DNA from: Eledone cirrhosa
Lineage: Eukaryota
Assembly (NCBI GenBank): GCA_964016885.1
Contig: CAXHJY010001477.1
Location: forward strand, 1 to 64,000
Direction: 5' to 3'
Length of the DNA stretch: 64,000 nt
The notes beneath the pieces were generated by a model. The model was not told the DNA's origin, searched no databases, and saw nothing but the letters and a program-made list of their open reading frames with translations. Below are positions 54,936 to 64,000 of this stretch, piece by piece; position 1 is the first letter of the stretch; each line of letters starts with the position of its first letter. Made by a program: the position numbers and the translations under genes.

Positions 54936-56777
54936 TTAAACCTTATTTAATGTTGGTCTATATTTTTGAATAAACATATTTTCCTTATTTATTCGCATTT
55001 GTTCTGTTGTATTGTTAGCGCAAAGGTAAAATGGGAAGACTTGGAATTTGGGTGTCTTATTACTTGCGCAAATGTCTAGATATGCACTTAGTGGTATCTG
55101 TCTCGTGGTTGGATCTCGTAATTGTTGGCGATGAACTGTCATTCTGTTTCTGAGTGTGAGTTTAGTTTGTCCTATATAATCTTCATTGCATCCTTTACAT
55201 TTAATGGCATAAACTAGATTTTTTGATGAGCAAGTGAAGTGATTTTTTACAGTAAAATTTTGTCCTGATTTAAATGTATACGTGTTGCCTTCAATGAGGT
55301 GAGTGCAGGTTCCACAATTAGAGCGACCACATTTTTTGATACTTGGTTGTGGGTTTGTGGTAGGTAATTTGGCATTGGTGAGTAATGTTTTCAGTGATTT
55401 TGGTTGTCTTTTGCTTTTGATTATTTTGTGTGTTTCAAGGGCTTTTTTCATTCTTGGGTTTTGTTTTAGTAGTGGGATGTTATTGTGAATAGTGTTGTAA
55501 GCTTCCGCATTTCTTGGGTTGTGTGTTGAGATATATGATAGAATATTGGACGTACCTTGAATTTGTTTCTGTTTCCGTAATTCATCAATGCCTATTGCTT
55601 TAGCCCTTTCTATTCCATTATTTATTAGTAATAGTGGGTACTCTCTCTCAAGTAGAATTTCCTTTAATTCTTGAAGTCTTTTATTTCGCGTTTCATAATT
55701 GGAGACAATTGTGCAAATTCTTCTTGCTAGGTTAAAAGGAATGTTCGTCTTCGTGTGCTTTGGATGGTTGGAGGTGAATAGCAGATATTGTTTGGAATCT
55801 GTTGGTTTGTAGTGTATGTCAGTTTCGATATTTGTGTCTTTTTTTGTGATTAAGATGTCCAGAAATGGGAGTTGATCTTGGCTGTATTCCATTGTGAATT
55901 GGATGTGGTTATTGATGCCGTTTATTAAGTTTTTGAAATCCTTCAGTTGGTCGAGTGTGTGGGACCAAAGAATGAGGCAATCATCCAAGTAGCGTTTCCA
56001 ATTCTCTGATAAATATTTGTGGAAGTTCAATCCGTATTTTGATTTGGACTGTTCATATATCTGGACTTCTAAGTATGCCATGACTAAGTTGGCATAAGTT
56101 GGAGCGGCTTTTGTGCCCATCGCAGTCCCCGATATTTTCTTGTAAGTACTGCCATCGAAATCAAAAAAGTTGTTCTGTAGGATGAATTTTAATCCCTCGG
56201 TGCTGAAGCTTTTTTCTATTCTGTCAGGTATCTCATTGGGATATTTCTCTAGCCAGAATCCTATTGCTTCTAGTCCGTATTGGTGTGGGATCGTTGTGTA
56301 AAGATTCACTACATCGAAAGACACAATAATAGTATCGTTGTTGACATGTTTGGGGAGGTGGTTTAAGAGGTCCAGATCGTCTCTTACAAGGCTTGGTATG
56401 TGTTTCAGTATTGGTTTCAGTAGTATGTCTATAAAGTTGCTCAATCTGTGTGTTTCACATTGTGGGCCCGCTACAATTGGTCTTAATTTAAGGTATGTGG
56501 GGTATTGTGTGTTCACGCAGGCTGAGGTGGATTGTTTACAGGCATCGTTGATTATTTTACATTTGTGGATCTTCGGAAGTCCGTAAAGGTTGCTGGTTTT
56601 GTATTCAAAATTTGTTAAATAATCGCGTTCCTTTTTAGTTAGGTCTTCCTGGTATCGATAAATCAGTGTGTTTAATTTGGTCATTATTTTTGATTGCTGG
56701 TAGTTTTTTACTCTTTCATAGTAATTAGTATTTTGTAAGAGAGAGAACATAGAATTTTTATATTTTTCAGCCTCCAT
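54936..56777 (-). CDS. Penelope-like RT + GIY-YIG endonuclease (open from the ADKG motif at about 56803; N-terminus truncated)
   Basis: 613-aa ORF: YGLPKIHK, LRPIV, SFDVVNLYT, GTAMG, WKRYLDD, LPFLD, YKPT, CGRSNCGTC, NLVYAIKC..DYIGQT..RMTVH, PTLN. Confidence 0.93.
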   Translation of the reverse strand: MEAEKYKNSMFSLLQNTNYYERVKNYQQSKIMTKLNTLIYRYQEDLTKKERDYLTNFEYKTSNLYGLPKIHKCKIINDACKQSTSACVNTQYPTYLKLRPIVAGPQCETHRLSNFIDILLKPILKHIPSLVRDDLDLLNHLPKHVNNDTIIVSFDVVNLYTTIPHQYGLEAIGFWLEKYPNEIPDRIEKSFSTEGLKFILQNNFFDFDGSTYKKISGTAMGTKAAPTYANLVMAYLEVQIYEQSKSKYGLNFHKYLSENWKRYLDDCLILWSHTLDQLKDFKNLINGINNHIQFTMEYSQDQLPFLDILITKKDTNIETDIHYKPTDSKQYLLFTSNHPKHTKTNIPFNLARRICTIVSNYETRNKRLQELKEILLEREYPLLLINNGIERAKAIGIDELRKQKQIQGTSNILSYISTHNPRNAEAYNTIHNNIPLLKQNPRMKKALETHKIIKSKRQPKSLKTLLTNAKLPTTNPQPSIKKCGRSNCGTCTHLIEGNTYTFKSGQNFTVKNHFTCSSKNLVYAIKCKGCNEDYIGQTKLTLRNRMTVHRQQLRDPTTRQIPLSAYLDICASNKTPKFQVFPFYLCANNTTEQMRINKENMFIQKYRPTLNKV

Positions 56778-56945
56778 AATGACAACAGTACTTCCCTTGT
56801 CCGCTAATTTATTATAATTATTGACAAACCAATCAAATTACTTCTCGAAAAACCTGGCTTTCGAGCCACTTTTTCCATATAAAACAAGTAACATTTAGAG
56901 ACCAACCAGATGTGAGAAAAACCACAGACCCTCCATCTCAACTCA

Positions 56946-56983
56946 CCTTTTGAAAAGCAGAAGAACTGCGAAACCGGTAAAGG
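56946..56983 (+). ncRNA. Hammerhead ribozyme, U3:A8 variant (inverted pLTR copy)
   Basis: CCTTTTGAAAAGCAGAAGAACTGCGAAACCGGTAAAGG, identical to the copy at 53256-53293. Confidence 0.72.
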
Positions 56984-57114
56984 AACCAAATAAATATATA
57001 TATTTTAAAAAAAATAAGACTTCAGTTGCATTTTCGATTTCATCTCTTTTTCTTTATACTTCCACTCGTGTAGGACACCTCGGTTATTTTTCATTTTGTA
57101 AAAAAACCCTCACA

Positions 57115-57189
<75 letters not shown>

Positions 57190-57192
<3 letters not shown>

Positions 57193-59297
57193 ACTATGAA
57201 AGGCTACTAAATGAGGAGAATAAATGGGAGAAGGACAGTCTCCCCCACATAGACCCAATAGAGGGACCAGCAGTGTTAGTTGAAGGTAGTATAATAAGTA
57301 AGGCAATCAAAGATATGAAGACGGGTAAGGCGGCTGGGCCTTCGGAAATAGTTGCTGAGATGCTGAAAGCCTCTAGAACGGTGGGACACACTATGGTCAC
57401 CCGGATAGTAAACCAAGTCATACAGAATGGGGTTGTTCCGAAGGACTGGCGGAGCAGCATCATCATTAACTGCTACAAGGGTAAAGGAGATGCCCTAGAT
57501 AGGAGTAACTATAGAGGCATTAAATTAATCGACCAGGTCATGAAGGTCACGGAAAAAGTAATAGCGCAACTAATCAGAGAGAGAATTGATCTAGATGAAA
57601 TGCAGTTCGGGTTTGTGTCAGGCAAAAGTACCACAGACGCTCTTTTCATAGTACGACAACTACAGGAGAAGTACCTAGCTAAAAGTAAACCCCTATACTT
57701 AACTTTTGTCGACAGAGTCCCCCGGTCCATTATCTGTTGGGCTCTTAGAAAACTAGGGTGTTGATGAATGGCTTGTGAGAGCTATACAAGCCATGTATAA
57801 AGAAACAGTCAGCAAGGTTAGAATTAACAACGAATATAGTGAAAAGTTTAGCATAAAAGTTGGTGTTCATCAGGGCTCCGTTCTTAGCCCCCTACTATTT
57901 ATTATCGCCCTTCAGGCTATAACAGTGGAGTTCAAGACCGGCTGCCCATGGGAACTCCTATACGCAGATGATCTAACGCTCATAGCTGAATCAATGGCCG
58001 AACTAGAGAAGAAATTCAAAACATGGAAGCATGGCTTAGAATCAAAAGGCCTTAAAATTAACCTGTCTAAGACTAAAGTTCTAGTTTGTAGGAAGGAAAA
58101 TAGGGTGCCGGTCCCATCCGGGAAATGGCCATGCTCAGTGTGTAGGAAAGGAGTAGGTAGAAACTCAATTTTATGTCCCAAATGCATAGTATGGGTGCAT
58201 AAAAGATGTAGTGGGATCACAGGTAAGCTAACTAAGAACATAGATTTTATATGTGGCCGGTGCTCTGGTGCAATAAGTAGCAGCAAGTGACCAGAGAATA
58301 CTAGCTCATTCCATTGCACAGATGGTTCTATAGAAATAGTGGACAGCTTCCGTTACCTGGGTCACAAAATCAGCAGTGGGGGAGGGTGCTCTGAAAGTAC
58401 AGTAGCAAGAGTCAGAACTGGATGGAAAAAGTTCAGAGAGCTTATACCACTATTAGCCGCTAAAGTGTTCTCTCTAAAAATGAAAGGCAGGTTGTATGAT
58501 GCCTGCATATGAACAGCAATGTTACATGGCAGTGAGACCTGGGCATTGTGTGCAGAAGATATACGCAGACTGGAGAGAAACGAAGCTTGCATGCTCCACT
58601 GGATATGTAATAGTAATATACGTTAACGGCAAAGCATAAACGAACTAAGGTAAAAATTAGAAATAAGAGGGATCGGATATTGTTTACTTGAAAGAAGGCT
58701 ACGTTGGTACGGTCACGTGATGCGCATGAAGGACGATAGCTGTATAACAAAGTGCAGGGCAATAAAAATAGACGGTAGCCACGGAGTAGGCAGACCCAGA
58801 AAAACCTGGGACTACTTGATAAATTCCGACCTCACACACTTACACCTCACCAAGGCAATGTCACTGGACCGAGACCTTTGGCGCTACACAGTAATAGAGA
58901 AGACCCGCCTTACCTAAGTACAAAGTGAAACCTACTACAGTCAGTAGGCACCTCTAACAAAATACGCCCCCGTCCCACTACCCCCACCCCTTTCAATGTA
59001 AAGTCATGTTGGTACCACATCATCCAGCCTGAAACAAATGAGGTCGTGTAGGTGTCATGACAAAAAAATACACAGTCCACGCTGTAATGTGGCCGTGTAG
59101 GTAACACAGTAAAAACCTCCCAGTTCCACACTGTAAACGTGGTTGGTGTTAGGAAGGGCATCCAGCCGTAGAAAACCCACCAGAGAGTCCTATGCGAGCA
59201 AGACAACCACTCTTGCCTCAAGTGGGAAAACTCCCGTCCAATCCCATGCGAGCGTTGAATATGGATGTTAAACGACGATGATGATGATGATGATGAT
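57190..59297 (+). mobile_element. 5'-truncated RTE family B LINE (RT, PHD-like finger, long 3'UTR), disrupted
   Basis: NYRGIKL, QFGF, GVHQGSVLSP, YADD (57961), C4HC3 finger, FRYLG, GRPRKTW. An 18-bp deletion removes the D.EKAF motif; there are several stops. (GAT)n tail; starts in (TA)n. Confidence 0.92.
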
Positions 59298-59842
59298 ACT
59301 ATTGTATTTTCACAGTAAAGGCTTTACCTCACATACGACTTACATTACTTTATATATACTATTGTATTTTCATGGTAAAGGCTTTACCTCACATAATATC
59401 TCATAACATTTACATTAGTCTATATATACTATTGTATTTTCACAGTAAAGATTTTACCTCATATAATATCTCACATAACATTTACATTACTCTATATATA
59501 CTATTGTATTGTCACAGTAAAGGTTTTACCTCACATAACATCTTACATAACATTTACATTACTCTATATATACTATTGTATTTTCATGGTAAAGGTTTTA
59601 TCTCACATAGTATCTCAAATAACATTTACATTACTCTATATATACTATTGTATTGTCACAGTAAAGGCTTTACCTCACATCATACCTCACATAACATTTA
59701 CATTACTCTATATATACTATTGTATTTTCACAGTAAAGGCTTTACCTCACATAATATCTCACATAACATTTACATTACTCTATATATACTATTGTATTTT
59801 CACAGTAAAGGCTTTACCTCACATAATATCTCACATAACATC
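59297..59842. repeat. 72-bp minisatellite, about 7.5 copies
   Basis: Unit ATACTATTGTATTTTCACAGTAAAGGCTTTACCTCACATAATATCTCACATAACATTTACATTACTCTATAT; CATTACTCTA at 59701 and 59773. Confidence 0.93.
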
Positions 59843-60051
59843 TCGTATACGAGAGACGTGTGTTGACGTGTGTGAACAAGCTCGGCTACCGAGTCGGATT
59901 TACTTACTAAAAAGTGAGTTTTGATTAATTTTTTTATACTGTAATATACGTTAACCCCTTGCCTTGGTCGTCAAACTCTGAGTTTATTTATTTTCGCCAC
60001 TTTTTGGGGCGAATTTTCCAGTTAAAAATTTATTACGGCAAACTAATAGAA

Positions 60052-61778
60052 ATGGACGGAATTTTCACATCTCATCCTAATGAGAAAGCCACGCCCCCTA
60101 AGAAAGGTGATACAGAGAAGCTAGAAGCACAAGGCTCTAAGTCTTCCCTCCTCACTTCTGCAAAAGAAACATGGAACACGGAATTAAAAGAAAAATTTGT
60201 AAAAATGGGTGAAAACCCAGAAAGTCACATAAACGCAGACAAAAACAACAACGACAATAACAGCAATAGTCACAACACCAACCAAGAAAAAAATAACGAT
60301 AACACCAAACAAAGCGAACCCACTACTGGTGCCTCGTTTGCACAGGCGGTCCGGAAAACACAAACCTGCAAGCAACTGGACATTACAACTCTGAGAGAAA
60401 AGATGAAGGAAGCGAAACAGTATGTAACTTTCAAAGAAGGAGGAGACTTCACAATCACCTCCCCACAAGAAATCAAAAGAGACACGACGCTAAGAACGAT
60501 ATCTTTCAGAACAATTTCCAACATAACAAGGAAACCAACTCAATTATCCCAAAAAGAGATTGAGCTGGTCCTAAAAAATGTGTGGAGTGATATATCGTTC
60601 ATACAAAAAGGGCCACTCTATGGGAATATAACGGTGCTAATGAAGGATCAATTGACGGCCAGGAAATACTCTGTGGCGCCAATTGTTTCCAAGCTACACA
60701 CATTTTTCCCCACATATTTAGGGAAAAGAACGCAGAAAATAAGGGTCTCCGGAATCCGTACAAATGCATGCATTTCCTGGGTACTAACAGGATTTTTAGA
60801 AGACGAGGACGGAATCCTCTCAGTAGGAGAAGTCACCACAGACGTTTTCGGCGGTTTGAGCGTGGAGGTTCTGGTCCAAATAAGACCAGAACGAATAGCT
60901 AGAATACCACAGAGGGTGTCCCTCGATGGAGAAACATTTATATATATTTCAGCCGAGGGTAGGAGGCCCATATGTTACTACTGTTCAAGCAGGGGTCATC
61001 TAAGGGCTGCTTGTCCTCAATTGACAAAAAAAAGGCTCTTTTGCCTGCACCCCACACACCACCACCGCCACCACCTCCACCACCACCACCACAACAACAA
61101 CAAAAACAACACGCAAAAATAACACAAGACACGGCCCCACCCAAAACAACTCCCAAAACACACACAAATACAACAAAACCTCAAAATACACAACTACCCG
61201 ACAGCACGGACGAGGACCCAGCTGAAACGGCACCTAGTGACGAAGAGGGGGAACCCTTCCAACCTGTAAAAAGGAAAATAGAAAAGCACCACTCGAACAT
61301 AAACGAAACAAACACACAACCACCAACAAAAACAAAACAAACAGAACAAACAAAATCCGCCCCACCCCAAAACATAACACATACAACAAAACGTAAGCAC
61401 ACACAAGAACAACAAACAAACACAACACAAGTAAAACAGTATACATACATTAACACAAATAACAAAGAACTCGTAAAAACAATACACAAAGACCCTTTGG
61501 TGGAAACTGAAGGGCAATTCTTTGCAAGCGCGGCCAACAAACCGCATTTAAAAATGATAAGACTCCCAATGGACACCTATGCAAAACTAAGAGAGAACTT
61601 TCCTGAGGACGTGGGGAAAACATGTATTCGACCCTATAACCGCGTCCTCTTGAAACGTTTCCCCACCCACACATCACCAAACACCCCCACTCCACCACAG
61701 AACAACACCCCACCAAACAACCCCTCCAATACGCCCATGGATATTGTGCAACCTGCTCCTCAGGAGCCGAACAGGTAG
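60052..61778 (+). pseudogene. Tx1-type ORF1 (gag-like, CCHC knuckle, Pro/Thr-rich tail), frameshifted at A8 (61026-61033)
   Basis: SFAQAV, EGRRPICYYCSSRGHLRAACP (CX2CX4HX4C). Continues in ORF 60972-61778, which stops just before ORF2. Confidence 0.78.
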
Positions 61779-61799
61779 GTCCTTCCTCTTTTAACCAAC

Positions 61800-64000
61800 A
61801 TGGCTGATATAAGAGTTGGGTGTCTGAATGTACGCGGCCTGGGACTGTCTTGGAAACAAGGCAAACTTTTAAACGATCTCAGGTCGCATAGAATGGAGGT
61901 AATGGCTATTTGCGAGTCCAGGATCAGCAGCGAGCACCAACTGGCGCCCATCTTCGACGACTTTGAGATCTTCGCATCTCTCTGTCAACCGGGGGGTGGG
62001 GGTGGAGTTGTCTTTCTGCTGCGAAAACACCTGGGCCTCGCCATACAGAAGGTGCACCTGGACCCGGAGGGTCGACTGGTGGTTTTAGACGTCGGCAGTA
62101 GTGAAAGTGGAGCCCTTAGACTAATTGCTGTGTACGCCCCTTTTTGGGCAGCGCGGCCGGAATACTTCCAACGTCTGGAAACTTTTCTGGGAACATCCCG
62201 CTCCTTGCTTTTAGTGGGGGACTGGAATGGTATCCTGGATGCACGTTGGGACTATGTAGGGGCATGTGCCAATAGAGGGGGGGGGGGGGGTGTAAAAGCC
62301 TCAAAAGGTTAATCGGCCGATTTGACCTGGCCGATAGATATCGACTAGATTTTCCGACTGTACCACTATGGACGTGGACCAATCGCAGTGGAACATCTAG
62401 GTCGTACCTAGATAGGGTCCTAGTTAGAGAGAAGGATAGGGACACATTTAGCTGTCCAAAAATGTTCATGGTTGACTATTCGGATTACAAGTTAGTGACC
62501 TGCATAGCCAACCTTGATAGAACCCATACCCCGGTTACTGGAAGCTGAACTTGTCCTTACCGAGAAGCAAAGCTTACAGTAAACGGATTAGCACGTTAGT
62601 TAAGCAGAGTTTGACAGGGGCAATTGTCAACAACAGGTGGTGGAGCTCTCTTAAGAGAGCAATTAGAATAGAATCGATAGGTTTTAGTCAGGAATTAGCA
62701 AGGGATAGGAACAAGACGGAAAGGGAATTAGTAGATAGAGTAGAAGAGGCGATTAGGAGTGGCAATGTAGCCGGCGTGCTGGCATCAAGAATGGCTTTAG
62801 ACCAGTTCTTTGAGGTGAAGCATGAAGGCTGCGTTGTCAGGAGTAAAATACGTGCTCTGGGTAATGAGGGAGCCAAAGCTGTGAGCTGGGCCCGAGTGAC
62901 AGAGGCAAAAAGTGGGAACAAGTCCACGATTCGGTCTTTGAAGGACCAGGATGGGCGTGTGATCCTTGAACCTGGGCAGATGTGTGCGGCCTTTCAGCGG
63001 CACTTTGCACAACTGTTCGAGAGGGGCGGCGCGCCGGGTGAGACTATGGATTTCAATCCATACCTCGACGGTCTGCCGCGCCTTTCGGACGAGGAGGCGA
63101 AGTCCTGCGAAAGGACGATTTCAGCAGCTGAGATAGGGGTGGCGCTGAGCCAATGCGGCAAACGCAAATCCCCGGGTCTCGATGGTCTACCATACGAGCT
63201 ATATGTAGCGATGCCGGACTTGTTCTCCGATATCCTCGAAGCGGTCTACTGCAACTGGCAGCAGAACGGGAGAATTCCCAGTTCTGTGACCAAGGGCGTA
63301 ATTACGCTGGTGAGGAAGGATGAGAACAAGGGGGATGACATAAGTAACTTCAGGCCCATAACTCTGCTAAATACAGAGTTAAAGATTTTGGCCAAGGTGT
63401 TAGTGAAGAGGTTGGCGCTTGTCGTTTGAAACCTGGTGGGAGAAGCGCAGACATGCGCAATCCCGTCCAGGTCCATTCACGACAATCTCCACCTTATGCG
63501 ATACATCATAGAGAGGGTAGGGAATGAACCCGGCTTTGGTGGGGCCCTGATCAACTTGGATCAATCTAAAGCTTTCGATAGGGTTGACCATCGTTACCTG
63601 GATGCGGTGCTCGCGGCGGCAGGCTTCGGACCCGTTTTCAGGGGTTGGATTGCTGCGATGCACAGCAGCAACGTCTGCTCAAGGGTCAAGGTGAACGGCC
63701 ACCTCTCGGAGCCGTTCCAAATCATGAGATCCATCCGACAGGGATGCCCTCTCTCCTCCCTACTGTATGTTGCTGGCTCTTGAGCCACTACTGCGGAAGT
63801 TGGAGCGGTTGCAGGGCATCCCTTTAGAACCGGGATTGCAGAAAGCGGCGCCGGCCCACGCCGATGACGTGACAGTAATGGTGTCGAAAACCTCGCAAAT
63901 CGGTGAGATCGGCACCTTACTGGAGGAATATGAAAGGTTTACAGGAGCCAAGCTGAACCGGGACAAGTCCGTCGGTTTGCAACTCGGAACATGGAGAGGC
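61800..64000 (+). pseudogene. Tx1-type ORF2 (APE endonuclease + RT) with frameshifts, a stop and YADD-to-HADD
   Basis: GCLNVRGL, ICESR, EGRLV, AVYAP, VGDWN, SYLDR, SDYK, YWKLN, KSPGLDGLP, NFRPITLLN, LDQSKAFDRV, IRQGCPLS, HADDV. Breaks at the G-run near 62280, near 62530, TGA at 63427 and near 63770. Confidence 0.9.

Larger units (their letters stand above)
59843..64000 (+). mobile_element. Tx1/L1-clade LINE with intact 5' organisation, running off the window
   Basis: About 200-bp 5'UTR, ORF1 with a zinc knuckle, 21-bp spacer, then ORF2 with APE and RT. Confidence 0.9.

Noticed and set aside
59372-59924. ORFs with a 24-aa repeat (SKGFTSHNISHNIYITLYILLYFH)
   Set aside because: Translation of the 72-bp minisatellite, open in two frames; no independent coding evidence.

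Overview
AT-rich eukaryotic intergenic or intronic DNA made almost entirely of repeats. I found no host protein-coding gene, rRNA, true tRNA or CRISPR array. The repeat inventory (RTE/BovB-type LINEs with (GAT)n tails, a Dong/R4 3' end, Penelope-like elements, CORE-type tRNA-SINEs, dense (TA)n) is what I would expect from an octopus/cephalopod genome; this is inference. 1-9.8 kb holds decayed RTE, Penelope, SINE, Tx1 and Dong pieces, including an RTE with a 5' inversion. 9.8-35.1 kb is a 25.3-kb strand-biased satellite of 9-bp units (TATATACAT/TATATACTT) with kb-scale internal duplications; its many long ORFs are artefacts. 35.1-64 kb is a nested transposon pile: a mariner, a CR1-group LINE, two Penelope RT+GIY-YIG ORFs, RTEs with a PHD finger inside ORF2, and a Tx1/L1 element running off the end. 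The main signals are six hammerhead-ribozyme folds tied to Penelope 3' ends (one pair carries a compensatory U3:A8 core) and a run of fold-back palindromes, two with a hammerhead remnant at the apex. Coordinates were read by eye and edges may be off by a few bases. Family names come from motif recognition, not database searches.
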